A stretch of 32,000 nucleotides of DNA from Pirellula staleyi DSM 6068 (GCA_000025185.1 CP001848.1:5430001-5462000), one strand, 5' to 3'; counted from the first letter of the stretch, positions 21,840-30,516 are shown. Made by a program: numbers and translations. The notes: generated by a model not told the origin, from the letters alone.

Positions 21840-22076
21840 ATGAGTCGGTTCGCCCCTGATCTCAGTGGTTTGCGTCCTCCCCGGGCCCAAACAGATGTCA
21901 GCTTGAACCCTTCGAGTTTCCGGCAATTGTATGCCGCTGCTTCAGGCGACTTGTCGCTTGTGGAAATGAAGCAGAGGCATCGATCTTGGAGCGAGCAACT
22001 TCACCGAGAGAGTGACGAGGGCCCGTTTACCTTGGTTTGGTGTGAAACATGGCAAACGAGCTTCGTCGGTGAATGA
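21840..22076 (+). CDS. Doubtful small ORF (78 aa) between clpX and a strong terminator
   Basis: The ATG ORF ends 27 nt before the 22103 terminator. I recognise no motif and see no clear SD, and third-position GC looks weaker than in neighbouring genes. It could equally be a clpX 3' UTR. Confidence 0.3.
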   Translation: MSRFAPDLSGLRPPRAQTDVSLNPSSFRQLYAAASGDLSLVEMKQRHRSWSEQLHRESDEGPFTLVWCETWQTSFVGE

Positions 22077-22102
22077 TGGTGTGAGCGAACGTCCCCCTGG
22101 AG

Positions 22103-22146
22103 AAGCCTGACGACTAGTGCTTACTAGTCGTCAGGCTTTCTTTTTG
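22103..22146 (+). terminator. Strong rho-independent terminator closing the clpX transcription unit
   Basis: A perfect 16-bp stem joins aagcctgacgactagt (22103-22118) to actagtcgtcaggctt (22123-22138), with loop gctt. It is followed by TCTTTTTG. Confidence 0.88.
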
Positions 22147-22204
22147 CGCCCTTGTCTCGGGAAACATCTGGGTGCGACGACAGGTGGCTCACAGGCGAGC
22201 TGCG

Positions 22205-23533
22205 TTAACGACTCCAGGCATCGTCCGAGTCATCCGCATCCTCTTCGCCCGCTGCATCGTCATCGGGCGAGGATTCGTCGCTTGCGGACTCGTCGAATTC
22301 TTCTTCGAAGCCTAGTGCGTCGTCGTCTGCGAACTCATCATCGTCTGCGAACTCCTCGTCGTCCGCCTCCTCGTCTTCTGCTTCGTTATCAGCGGCGAGG
22401 AGCTGAATGAAGACGAGCGCTTCGTTGAGGTCGCAAACTTCCACCCCCGATTTACGACCAGCGCGATTGGCCCGGGCCAGTAGCATCAAGTCGTCGTAGT
22501 CTTCGGATTCCTTCAGCCGGCGGTGAGCGCGCATCCCAATCTCGCCTGAGAGGACCATTTCGGCCTCGCTCAGATGCTCGATGAGCCAGTGCGTCCGCTC
22601 GGTGATCTGCCCAGCGAGGGCAGCGAGAGCTGCGCCGCGGGGATCGACCGCGTCGATCGCTTTGCCCACGTCGTGCAGCAGCGCGGCGAGTTGCAATTCC
22701 TCGTCGTACGACGCTTGCTCGCGCACCAGCTGAAAGACCTGCAAACTGTGGTAGAGCGCATCTCCTTCAGGGTGCAAGCGTGGCGGCTGTTGCACGTTCT
22801 CGAGCGGGAGTAGCAAACTGCGATAGAGCACAAAACGCTCGAGCGGCTGGCTCTCGAGATTCGGTGGTTGCCGGACACCACGATACTCGCGCGCCACAAG
22901 CTCTTCGAGTTCACCGCGCGTCGCGCGACGCGGATCATCTCCGGCTTTGGCTTCGTTGTGATCGCGCTGGGTTGCTCCGAGCTTCATCGTAATGACGAGT
23001 GGGACATCCGCGAGTTCATCGAGTTCATAGTCGGCAAGATCGGTCTTGCTGTGCAGCACGTCGCGCACGCTCGGGACGACGAGTCGCTCGGCATAACCTT
23101 CCGTCGGCATCTCGCGGAGCGGAACTTTTTCGAAACGGTACTGTGTCCCTTCGAGCGCAAGGGCGCGAATCACATGCAGCGGACCTTCTGCGAGGAGCTC
23201 GATTTCGATCGTTGGCTGCTCGGAAACGGCCCCTTCGAGCACTTCACCTGTGAGGCGCGGCGTGAATCGCGCCAACGTGGTGAGAAGCTGTTTGGCGGCG
23301 CTGCGCAGTTGCGTCAGACGCTCGCGCACCAGTGGCGAGTTATGCATCCGCGCTAGAGCTTGCAGTTCGTCGCGCACCTCGCGATCACTGGGCAAATCAC
23401 GATCTTCGTAGTTGCCCGCAGTCAGCCTATGGGCAGCCCTGTGACGAGCGACCGAGAGATCCGATTCCACCTGCGAATGAATCAGCCACGCTGTTTCACA
23501 CGCTATCTGCCGACGTATTTTGGGAGGCGACAT
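22205..23533 (-). CDS. HD-domain protein with N-terminal degenerate nucleotidyltransferase-like region and poly-acidic C-terminal tail
   Basis: HD signature: LYHSLQVFQL...LAALLHDVGKAID. The N-terminal block FTPRLTGEVLEGAVSEQPTIEIELL resembles a Pol-beta-type NTase G-S...D-x-D motif, but with G-E and E-x-E. The last ~65 aa are almost only D/E/A/F/S. The listed first codon (23536) is TTG; the adjacent ATG at 23533 is preferred. Confidence 0.7.
   Translation of the reverse strand: MSPPKIRRQIACETAWLIHSQVESDLSVARHRAAHRLTAGNYEDRDLPSDREVRDELQALARMHNSPLVRERLTQLRSAAKQLLTTLARFTPRLTGEVLEGAVSEQPTIEIELLAEGPLHVIRALALEGTQYRFEKVPLREMPTEGYAERLVVPSVRDVLHSKTDLADYELDELADVPLVITMKLGATQRDHNEAKAGDDPRRATRGELEELVAREYRGVRQPPNLESQPLERFVLYRSLLLPLENVQQPPRLHPEGDALYHSLQVFQLVREQASYDEELQLAALLHDVGKAIDAVDPRGAALAALAGQITERTHWLIEHLSEAEMVLSGEIGMRAHRRLKESEDYDDLMLLARANRAGRKSGVEVCDLNEALVFIQLLAADNEAEDEEADDEEFADDDEFADDDALGFEEEFDESASDESSPDDDAAGEEDADDSDDAWSR
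22323..22358. repeat. 18-nt tandem duplication inside the acidic-tail coding region
   Basis: tcgtctgcgaactc occurs at 22323-22336 and again at 22341-22354 (period 18). On the minus strand this encodes the repeated EFADDD peptide. Confidence 0.8.
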
Positions 23534-23895
23534 CAATTGGCGACATCACGAGGGATGATCGCAGCATCTAAGGAACCAGCGGACCAACAAGCACGCGAAA
23601 TTCGCGATTGGTATCAAGAGAGAATCGCACGCAGTCTCTGGTTCGGTGTATTGTTCTACAACTTGATTGTACCTCTTCGTCGAGAGCGAGGGAAACGCGC
23701 CGAGGGGTCGAGGTCCTGCAGGGGATCGATGGATCAAGAACAAACACAGCCTCGGAAATGCGAGTTGCACGTCCGAGGCTGAAGCTTGAGTTCGCAGAAG
23801 CTGCAAACCTGATTTGTCTGGTGCAGTTGCTCGAAAAAGTTCGCAGTTCGAATCGCTCAGCGATCGAAGCGACGGACATTTCCGGCAAGTTTCAC

Positions 23896-24219
23896 TTAGA
23901 CCATGCTCTTGAGCGACTTGAGGGCACGCACGCGAACGGTGGTGCTGGCTGGCTTCGCTGGGCGATCTTCGACCTTGCCGGTCAAGCGATTGAGAACACC
24001 CTTTTGGGCCTTCTTCGCTGGAACGTGCTTGCGAACGATCTTGCACAGACCAGGGATCTGGAATGCGCCCGGACCCTTCTTACCGAGAGCCTTGCCGATC
24101 TCAGCCGTGAGAGCTTCGAATACGGTGGTGATCTGCTTCTTGGTCAGACCGGTTGCCGTTGCAATGTTGGCCATCACTTCCGACTTGCTCGGAGCCTTCG
24201 GACTTGGGGCTTTCGCCAT
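23896..24219 (-). CDS. HU/IHF-family DNA-binding protein with short Lys/Pro/Ala N-terminal extension
   Basis: KSEVMANIATATGLTKKQITTVFEALTAEIGKAL...FQIPGLCKIVRKHVPAK...NRLTG matches the HU fold pattern. AAGGAGG lies about 10 nt upstream of the ATG. Confidence 0.88.
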   Translation of the reverse strand: MAKAPSPKAPSKSEVMANIATATGLTKKQITTVFEALTAEIGKALGKKGPGAFQIPGLCKIVRKHVPAKKAQKGVLNRLTGKVEDRPAKPASTTVRVRALKSLKSMV

Positions 24220-24922
24220 CGTTTGCCACCCTCCTTGAGAGGTTCATGGAAGAGAAAGGAAATTGAAAATGCGCTGTGAAACTCAAAGTTGGAACACACA
24301 GCGATTTGGCGAGAGATTAGATACTTTGACCATGAAATTGCAACCCATGCTCGGCGAAAATCATCGCTATTTTCCGCAAAAAACGAGCCTTTTAGGGTCT
24401 ACGGCAGTCCCCACCGAGGTGTCAACCAACTGGTGAAAACGCGCGAACTGATGTTGCCAAAAGTGATCTCTCGTGATCTCAGCGGAAAGAAAACAGACCT
24501 CGTGCGACCTGCATTGCCCCTCGCACGCGACCCGTTTGGTGACGCGTCGCTTGAGCGCGAAGAACTGGCGCTGAAGACCTCCCCGCAGGGCGGGAACAAT
24601 CGGGCTGCTTCGAGGCACTCACAGGAGCACGGCTCCGTAGCGGGCTTGCTGCGCAAAAACAGGGGGCGAAATCAGTGCTTTTCAGCGGTATTTCGCGTGC
24701 CTTGTTGAATTTTCTAAGGTATTCTTCGACAATAGGTTACGTCGCCTGTAGGACGCAGCCCACTCGACCACTTCGAGCAGGCTCGGCGAAACACTCGCAC
24801 CGCATAAGGAATCTCCCATGCTCGGCAGCACCCATCGCGAAGTCTCTGGCCAGTTTGCTGGCTTGCTGGAAGTCGCTCGCAGCCGATCATTTTCCCAGTC
24901 TTTTTTTCGAGGTTTTAGGCCG

Positions 24923-27900
24923 ATGCCTCGAGCCATTTTCGCGTTTTCGTTTTTGGCAATTTTTACGTCGCTCGTTTTTGTCAGCGAGCGAGCTTTGCTG
25001 GGACAAGCAGCGCCCAATAATCCCGACGCCGAGGAAGATGCTTACACGCCCGGAATTTTTTTACGAGCCCCGCGAGAATTGCGACAAAACTTGTCGCGGG
25101 CTCAAAAAGCACTCGCCGACGAGCGTTTTGCCGACGTGGTGACCGAACTTGGGGTGATCTTGCACGCGGAGTCGAGTGAGGACTATTTCCTCGATCCCGC
25201 CGCCGACAATGGTGTGCGGCCCAGTCTCAAGTCGGTCGCGCAGCAGATGCTCGGAAATATGCCAGCCGCTGGTCGACAGCTTTATGAACTGCAGTATGGA
25301 GCCGATGCTAAACGGCTGCTCGACGATGCGCTGCGGGAAGGGAGCATCACCAAGCTGGGCGATGTGACGCGACGCTATTTCCACACCCGCGCAGGCTATG
25401 AAGCTGCGATCTTGCTCGGGCGCTTTCAGCTCGATCAAGGTCGCCCTCTAGCGGCGGCACTCACGCTCGACCGTGTCGCGAGCACCCCCGCAGTTGCCGG
25501 TTCATTCGATCCCGAACTCTCGATCCTTCTGTCAGCCGCCTGGCTGCACGCGGGCCAAAGTGAGCAAGCGAAGGAAGTGCTCACCTCCCTGAAGAAGCGC
25601 GCCCCGAACTCGAAGGTCCAGCTCGTTACAGGCCCCGCGCCACTGTTTGCCGAGGGTGAAGAGCCCCTGGCGTGGCTCAGCAAGATCGCTGGGGAAGGTC
25701 AACTTTTCGGCGCATTGGAAGCGGATGAGTGGGTGATGTTTCGTGGCAATGTGGAGCGCAATGCGCAGTCGGCCGGGAGCTTGCCTCTGTTGAACTTTCG
25801 CTGGTCGGCGCTGTTGCTCGACGATCCCAATGAGATCCAGAAAGTGCGTCAACTCGCTCGCGCTGTTGGCGACCGTGGTGACCCCTCGATCCCCAGCATT
25901 CAGCCGCTGGCGGTCGACAACTTCATTGTGTTTCGCACGCCCGATCGTGTGGTTGGCATCGACATGCGCAAGAGTGGCAAACGGATTTGGGTCTATCCAT
26001 TCAAAGACTCGGCATCGCTACGCACAGCGCAGGCCACTTCGCAGCAAGGTCGCAATCCGCTGGCCAACGCGCGCGATCAAGAATTGAAGCAGCGCATCTG
26101 GCAAGACAATCCTTACGGCCAAATGAGCAGCGATGGGAGCAATCTCTTTTTTCTGGACGATCTGGGCTACGCGCAAACTCAAGCTGCTGGCAATGTGCGA
26201 GTGATCATTGGCCCCGGTGGTCGCGCCATGCTCAACGGCATGGGGGCGAAGCAACACAACACCCTCGTATCACTCGAACTCGCTGGGCAAGGGAAACTGC
26301 GCTGGGTGGTTGGTGGCGAGAATGGTGAAGACGAGCCGCAACTCGCCGGGGCGTTTTTCCTCGGCCCACCGTTGCCGCTGGCCGATCAGCTGTTTGTGCT
26401 CGCAGAGATCCAAGGGGAAGTTCGTCTGCTCTGCCTTTCGAGCGCCACCGGCACGCTGATTTGGAAACAGCAAATCGCAATGATGGAAGACAGCCAGCAA
26501 GTGGTCTACGACGGGCTGCGTCGCTTGGCGGGAGCGAGTCCCTCGTACTGCGATGGTGTGCTCGTTTGTCCGACCAGTGGCGGCGCTCTGGTGGGAGTCG
26601 ATCTGTCGACACGCTCGCTGCGCTGGGGCTATTCCTACGCTCGCTGGGATCACAACCAACGGGTTCCCGGTCCCTTCGGGATGCAGACCTATCGCAACCC
26701 CGCGCAGGCCAATACCGCCTGGCTCGATTCCACCGTGGTGATCGCCGATGGCTGCGTGATTGCGACACCGGTCGAGTCGGCTGAACTCCATTGCCTCGAT
26801 CTACTCACGGGCAAACCGCGCTGGCCCGCGATTCCGCGCGACGAAATGCTTTACCTCGCCTGCGTGCATGAAGGGAAAGCGATACTCGTCGGCAAGAACC
26901 GCGTGAAAGCGGTGAAGCTGTCGGATGGGACGAGTGCTTGGCCCGAGTCGATTGATCTCGCCAGTGACATTCCGACCGGACGTGGCTATTACAGCGGCGC
27001 GCATTACTATCTCCCGACGTCGACTCAGCAGCTGCTGAAGATCGATTTAGCGACCGGCAAAGTGGTCTCGCGCGCGAAGACCGAAGTGACACTCGGCAAC
27101 CTGATTTGTTATCAAGACGAATTGATTTCCCTTTCGAGCGACTCGATCACCTCGTTCTATCTGAGCGAGCCACTCAAGCGCCGGATCGATGACACGCTGG
27201 CAGCCAATCCTAGCGACACCTGGGCCCTCACGCGGAAGGGAGAAATTCTGCTGCAAGAGGGTGATCGAACCGAAGCCCTGACGATGCTCCGCAAAGTGAA
27301 AGAGCTACGTCCCGAGGACGAGAGTGCCCGCAACTTGCTCGCCAAAGTGATGCTGTCGCTGCTCAAGGAAGACTTTGCTGCCAACGCTGCGCTCGCCGAC
27401 GAACTCGAGCCACTGATCACGCAACCTGTGCAGCGCCGCGAGCTCTTAAAGCTCCGCGCTCAAGGGCACGAGCAAGCAGGGGAGTTCGCCAAGGCATTTG
27501 AAGTCTACTTTGAACTCGCGGCCCAACTGACAAGCGTCGGCGCTCCCGATAGCGCCGCGAGCAACGAACTCGAACCGATCGATCGCGATACGAGTGTGCG
27601 TGCCGACCGCTGGGTCGCTGGCCGACTCGCCGCAATCTATCGCCAAGCGACTCCCGAACAGCGCGCGCCACTCGATGCCATGGTGAGCACCAAACTCGCC
27701 CAACCTGAGGTGATCCAATCGATTGCCTCGCTGAAACAAGCGATCGAGCTGTTTCGCTTCCATCCGCAAGCACCAGTCCTCGAACTCGCGCTGGCAGCTG
27801 AACTGACGCAGGCAGGGCAACTCCTCGAAGCGGAAGTGCTCGCTGGTTCACTGGCGCAGTCGGGCTCACCAACGACCCGGGCGACCGCCACGCTTCAGCT

Positions 27901-29740
27901 AGCGCACATTTATGCGGCCGCCAAACGCAAAGAACTCGCGCTCCGCGCCGTAGCTGACCTCGCGACCAAGTATGCCGATGTGGCTACGCAGTCCGGTCTG
28001 CTGGGGCGCGACGTTGCTCCGCAGCTGGCGCAAGAACTAGCGCTCGACAAAACCAGCACCGACTGGCCCTCGGGGCAAGTGACCGCCGACATGGCAGGGG
28101 CTGAATCGAGCAAACGGGTGAACGCCTATCAGCGCATCAACTATCCTTTGTCGATCACCGATTTTCGTGGGAGTGCTCCACGCGGACTTCGCAGCTGGTT
28201 CGATCCGCAAACCTACAGCATCAAGGTCCGGAGCGATTTGGGCCGCGAACTCGTCGCGACTCCGCTTCGCACCACGAACAACAACACCTTCCGATCCTCG
28301 ATTCCTCAGCATGCGATTTCCGCCAAAACCAACGGCCACTTGATGGTGGTGAGCCTCGGAAGTGAAGTGGTGGCGATCGATGCTCTGACTCCCGACCGTA
28401 CACCGAGCGACACACTCCTGTGGCGGCTCGATACGTTCGACATCGACCCCACCGCGCGGCAGATGTCGTACCCACAGCAGAAGCAAGTTCCCAATCCACT
28501 CACGCCGCCGCGCTGGGTCTATTACGATCCCACCGGAAAACTAAGCTTGACGAGTGGCCCCGTCATGCCCGAAGGAGTTTTCTTTCAGCGCGGCAGGCAG
28601 ATCGTTTGCGCCGATCCTTTCACGGGTAAAGTGATTTGGGAACGTTCGGCATTCGTGCCACTATGCGAAATTTTTGGCGACCGTGAAATGATTTTCGTGG
28701 TCGCTCCCGGAAGCGACGAAGCACGCGTACTCTCGACCATCGATGGCTCGGAAATCGGTAAACGTATTGTGAAAGTGGCCGAGCGCCGCTGGACGACACT
28801 CGGGCGCAACGTGCTCGCCTGGGAAACGCAAAGCGATGGTGTGCATCTCACGCTGTTCGACGCTTGGTCGCAGCAAGAGATTTGGGCCGGAGTCGTCGCA
28901 GCCGACACCAAGGGAGCTCTGGTCGACCTCGAGGAGGTTGCCCTGTTTGAATCTCCCGGCAAGCTCACCATTCGCTCCCTCGCAGATGGCAAGCTGCGGC
29001 TCGATACATCGATACCAGCAGCCGATGAGACCGACAAAGAATCGCGCGTAATCAGCCTCACCGTGCTTGCAAGCCGCGGTCAGTATCTCGCGCTCCTGAA
29101 TCAGACCACCACGCGCGCCGATGCGATGCCCAACACCAACATTCAGCCGGTTGGCAGCCACATTGTCTCGGCGGGGATCGTGCATGGTCGGCTGTTCGCC
29201 TTCGATCGCGCCACCGGCCAATCGCAATGGCAAGTTCCGGCGTTCATCTCCCAGTATGGACTACCGCAAGATCAACCCTCGGAATCGCCCCTGTTGATCT
29301 TCCTAAGAAACCTCAACCCCTCGGGCTCCGTCGGTTCGAAGTACACCACCTCGCTGCTGGTGATCGACAAACGTGACGGCAGAGCGGTCATCGACACCGC
29401 CGCTGCAGCCATGCAATCCAACAGCTACGAGGTGCTGGCCGACGCGGATCGCAAAACCGTTTCGCTCACTTTGTGGTCTCCTCCCACCACCAAAACCATT
29501 GTGATGCAGCTGACCGACGATCCTCAGCCGCCTGCCCCACCGGCGCAGACAGGAACACGCTCAAGCACAAGCGTGGGAGCATTGCCGGGCAATGTCGATT
29601 CAGCAGCTGCCGCAGCGATGCAGAAGTTGCAGCAGGAGATGCAGCGCGGCGTCCTCCCTGGACGTGCGATTCCTGGTATCGCTCCTGCTCCAGGCATTGC
29701 CCCTCGGCCTGCCATTCCCGTTCTTCCCCCCGGAAGATAA
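24923..29740 (+). CDS. Giant secreted protein (1605 aa): two PQQ/BamB-like beta-propeller regions separated by TPR-like helical repeats, with a Pro/Ala-rich tail
   Basis: The signal peptide MPRAIFAFSFLAIFTSLVFVSERALLGQ starts at the internal ATG 24923; the listed 24818 start adds 35 non-signal residues. Propeller-blade strings recur: VVGIDMRKSGKRIW, LLCLSSATGTLIWK, LVGVDLSTRSLRW, LHCLDLLTGKPRW, IVCADPFTGKVIWE, LFAFDRATGQSQWQ. A TPR-like segment reads ALTRKGEILLQEGDRTEALTMLRKVKELRPEDESARNLLAKV. Confidence 0.85.
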   Translation: MPRAIFAFSFLAIFTSLVFVSERALLGQAAPNNPDAEEDAYTPGIFLRAPRELRQNLSRAQKALADERFADVVTELGVILHAESSEDYFLDPAADNGVRPSLKSVAQQMLGNMPAAGRQLYELQYGADAKRLLDDALREGSITKLGDVTRRYFHTRAGYEAAILLGRFQLDQGRPLAAALTLDRVASTPAVAGSFDPELSILLSAAWLHAGQSEQAKEVLTSLKKRAPNSKVQLVTGPAPLFAEGEEPLAWLSKIAGEGQLFGALEADEWVMFRGNVERNAQSAGSLPLLNFRWSALLLDDPNEIQKVRQLARAVGDRGDPSIPSIQPLAVDNFIVFRTPDRVVGIDMRKSGKRIWVYPFKDSASLRTAQATSQQGRNPLANARDQELKQRIWQDNPYGQMSSDGSNLFFLDDLGYAQTQAAGNVRVIIGPGGRAMLNGMGAKQHNTLVSLELAGQGKLRWVVGGENGEDEPQLAGAFFLGPPLPLADQLFVLAEIQGEVRLLCLSSATGTLIWKQQIAMMEDSQQVVYDGLRRLAGASPSYCDGVLVCPTSGGALVGVDLSTRSLRWGYSYARWDHNQRVPGPFGMQTYRNPAQANTAWLDSTVVIADGCVIATPVESAELHCLDLLTGKPRWPAIPRDEMLYLACVHEGKAILVGKNRVKAVKLSDGTSAWPESIDLASDIPTGRGYYSGAHYYLPTSTQQLLKIDLATGKVVSRAKTEVTLGNLICYQDELISLSSDSITSFYLSEPLKRRIDDTLAANPSDTWALTRKGEILLQEGDRTEALTMLRKVKELRPEDESARNLLAKVMLSLLKEDFAANAALADELEPLITQPVQRRELLKLRAQGHEQAGEFAKAFEVYFELAAQLTSVGAPDSAASNELEPIDRDTSVRADRWVAGRLAAIYRQATPEQRAPLDAMVSTKLAQPEVIQSIASLKQAIELFRFHPQAPVLELALAAELTQAGQLLEAEVLAGSLAQSGSPTTRATATLQLAHIYAAAKRKELALRAVADLATKYADVATQSGLLGRDVAPQLAQELALDKTSTDWPSGQVTADMAGAESSKRVNAYQRINYPLSITDFRGSAPRGLRSWFDPQTYSIKVRSDLGRELVATPLRTTNNNTFRSSIPQHAISAKTNGHLMVVSLGSEVVAIDALTPDRTPSDTLLWRLDTFDIDPTARQMSYPQQKQVPNPLTPPRWVYYDPTGKLSLTSGPVMPEGVFFQRGRQIVCADPFTGKVIWERSAFVPLCEIFGDREMIFVVAPGSDEARVLSTIDGSEIGKRIVKVAERRWTTLGRNVLAWETQSDGVHLTLFDAWSQQEIWAGVVAADTKGALVDLEEVALFESPGKLTIRSLADGKLRLDTSIPAADETDKESRVISLTVLASRGQYLALLNQTTTRADAMPNTNIQPVGSHIVSAGIVHGRLFAFDRATGQSQWQVPAFISQYGLPQDQPSESPLLIFLRNLNPSGSVGSKYTTSLLVIDKRDGRAVIDTAAAAMQSNSYEVLADADRKTVSLTLWSPPTTKTIVMQLTDDPQPPAPPAQTGTRSSTSVGALPGNVDSAAAAAMQKLQQEMQRGVLPGRAIPGIAPAPGIAPRPAIPVLPPGR

Positions 29741-29956
29741 TTCCATTCGCTGAAGCGCCCTGCACCTGAATATTGCCAGCAGAAACCACGCATAGACTTG
29801 GTCGCGTCCCTCTTGAGGAGTACGCTGGATTAAAGATTAAGCGTAGGCAAACCAACTTCATACTTGGCAAACTAGTGCCTTAAGCCCGCCCCACAATATC
29901 CTCTCCGCTACCGAACAAGTTCTTCTCGCGACGATGCCCTGGTATCGATTTTCGCG

Positions 29957-29985
29957 ATTCGAACTGCGTGATTCGTAACTGCGTG
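29957..29985 (+). repeat. Tandem direct repeat (14 + 15 nt) immediately upstream of the SD of the first small membrane gene
   Basis: attcgaactgcgtg (29957-29970) is followed directly by attcgtaactgcgtg (29971-29985). The units are identical except for one inserted T. GAGGAG (SD) starts 2 nt later. Confidence 0.7.
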
Positions 29986-29998
29986 AGAGGAGTTTCAT

Positions 29999-30346
29999 TT
30001 GATCTGCCTGCCGATCGACGCCTTCCTCTTCGCGCTACTCATTCAAAAGCTTAGCGACCACGAACTTCCCTACTGGAAAGCTGCAATCTTCGCGGCTGCC
30101 AACATCCCGGTCATGTTTGCCACGGCTGTTGCTACCGGTCTTCTCGCAGGTACTTTGAACCTAGCGCTAAATCTCCCACCTTGGCTGATAACCATTCCCT
30201 GCGTCGCCACGCTTCCTCTGGGAACTGCCACAGCACTCTGGCTGGCATTTGATCTTCCGGTGCGAACATCGCTCGTCGTATCGGCAGCCTACTACGCCAT
30301 CGTTCTCCCGCCGCTCGCGCTCCTCGTGCTGCTGAGTAATCGGTAG
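29999..30346 (+). CDS. Small polytopic membrane protein (115 aa), paralogue 1
   Basis: The TTG start is supported by AGGAG 6 nt upstream. There are three or four hydrophobic segments. It is collinear with the next ORF: MI..I.AF...LI.KL..E at the N-terminus and LPLGTATALWLAFDLPVRTSLVVSAAY versus LPLIVGAGLWLVFNLDPLRAGLVGVSF. Confidence 0.6.
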   Translation: MICLPIDAFLFALLIQKLSDHELPYWKAAIFAAANIPVMFATAVATGLLAGTLNLALNLPPWLITIPCVATLPLGTATALWLAFDLPVRTSLVVSAAYYAIVLPPLALLVLLSNR

Positions 30347-30516
30347 CTCCAGTCGACCCGCCAAAAACACAAATTAACGACAAAAACCACCTGTAAGTAT
30401 AGCTCCCTCAACTTCTGCAGACTATACTTCTGCCCACTTGGTCAATCCATCCTCTCCCGGCCGCATTTCTACAACTGCTCACTTCACTTTCAGATCCAAG
30501 ACGGAGAGCGAAATCG

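Noticed and set aside
23842-23856. A 15-nt exact match (gcgattcgaactgcg, minus strand) to the first unit of the tandem repeat at 29954-29968.
   Set aside because: Roughly one 15-mer match between any two positions or strands is expected by chance in a 32-kb window. On its own it does not show a dispersed repeat family.
24463-24480. gtgatctc repeated with 10-nt periodicity in the HU/giant-gene intergenic region.
   Set aside because: Adjacent 8-mer repeats at short offsets are expected a few times by chance in 32 kb, and there is no supporting symmetry or second site.
24289-24708. Intergenic ORFs: 24289..24708 (+), 23568..23888 (-), 23546..24046 (-), 3493..3786 (-), 3875..4210 (-), 19381..19575 (-), 11835..12098 (+), 8468..8866 (-).
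   Set aside because: They have Arg/Ser/Cys/Pro-rich low-information translations, mutual overlaps, non-ATG starts in several cases, no SD and no recognisable motif.
24818-24922. N-terminal extensions of listed ORFs: 24818 for the giant protein, 16001 for waaA, 19756 for the SHOCT protein, 11796 for the MBL hydrolase and 20409 for clpX.
   Set aside because: Internal ATGs give family-typical N-termini or signal peptides and have better SD spacing. The extensions are compositionally atypical.
29865-29879. Sigma-54-like sequences: TTGGCAAACTAGTGCC here, TGGCGCAGGGATGCA at 19646-19660 and TGGCAAGGGACTGC at 11940-11953.
   Set aside because: All have GG-N9-GC instead of the strict GG-N10-GC spacing and weak -12 elements. 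TGGCAC at 3887 and 3979 lacks any TTGC partner.
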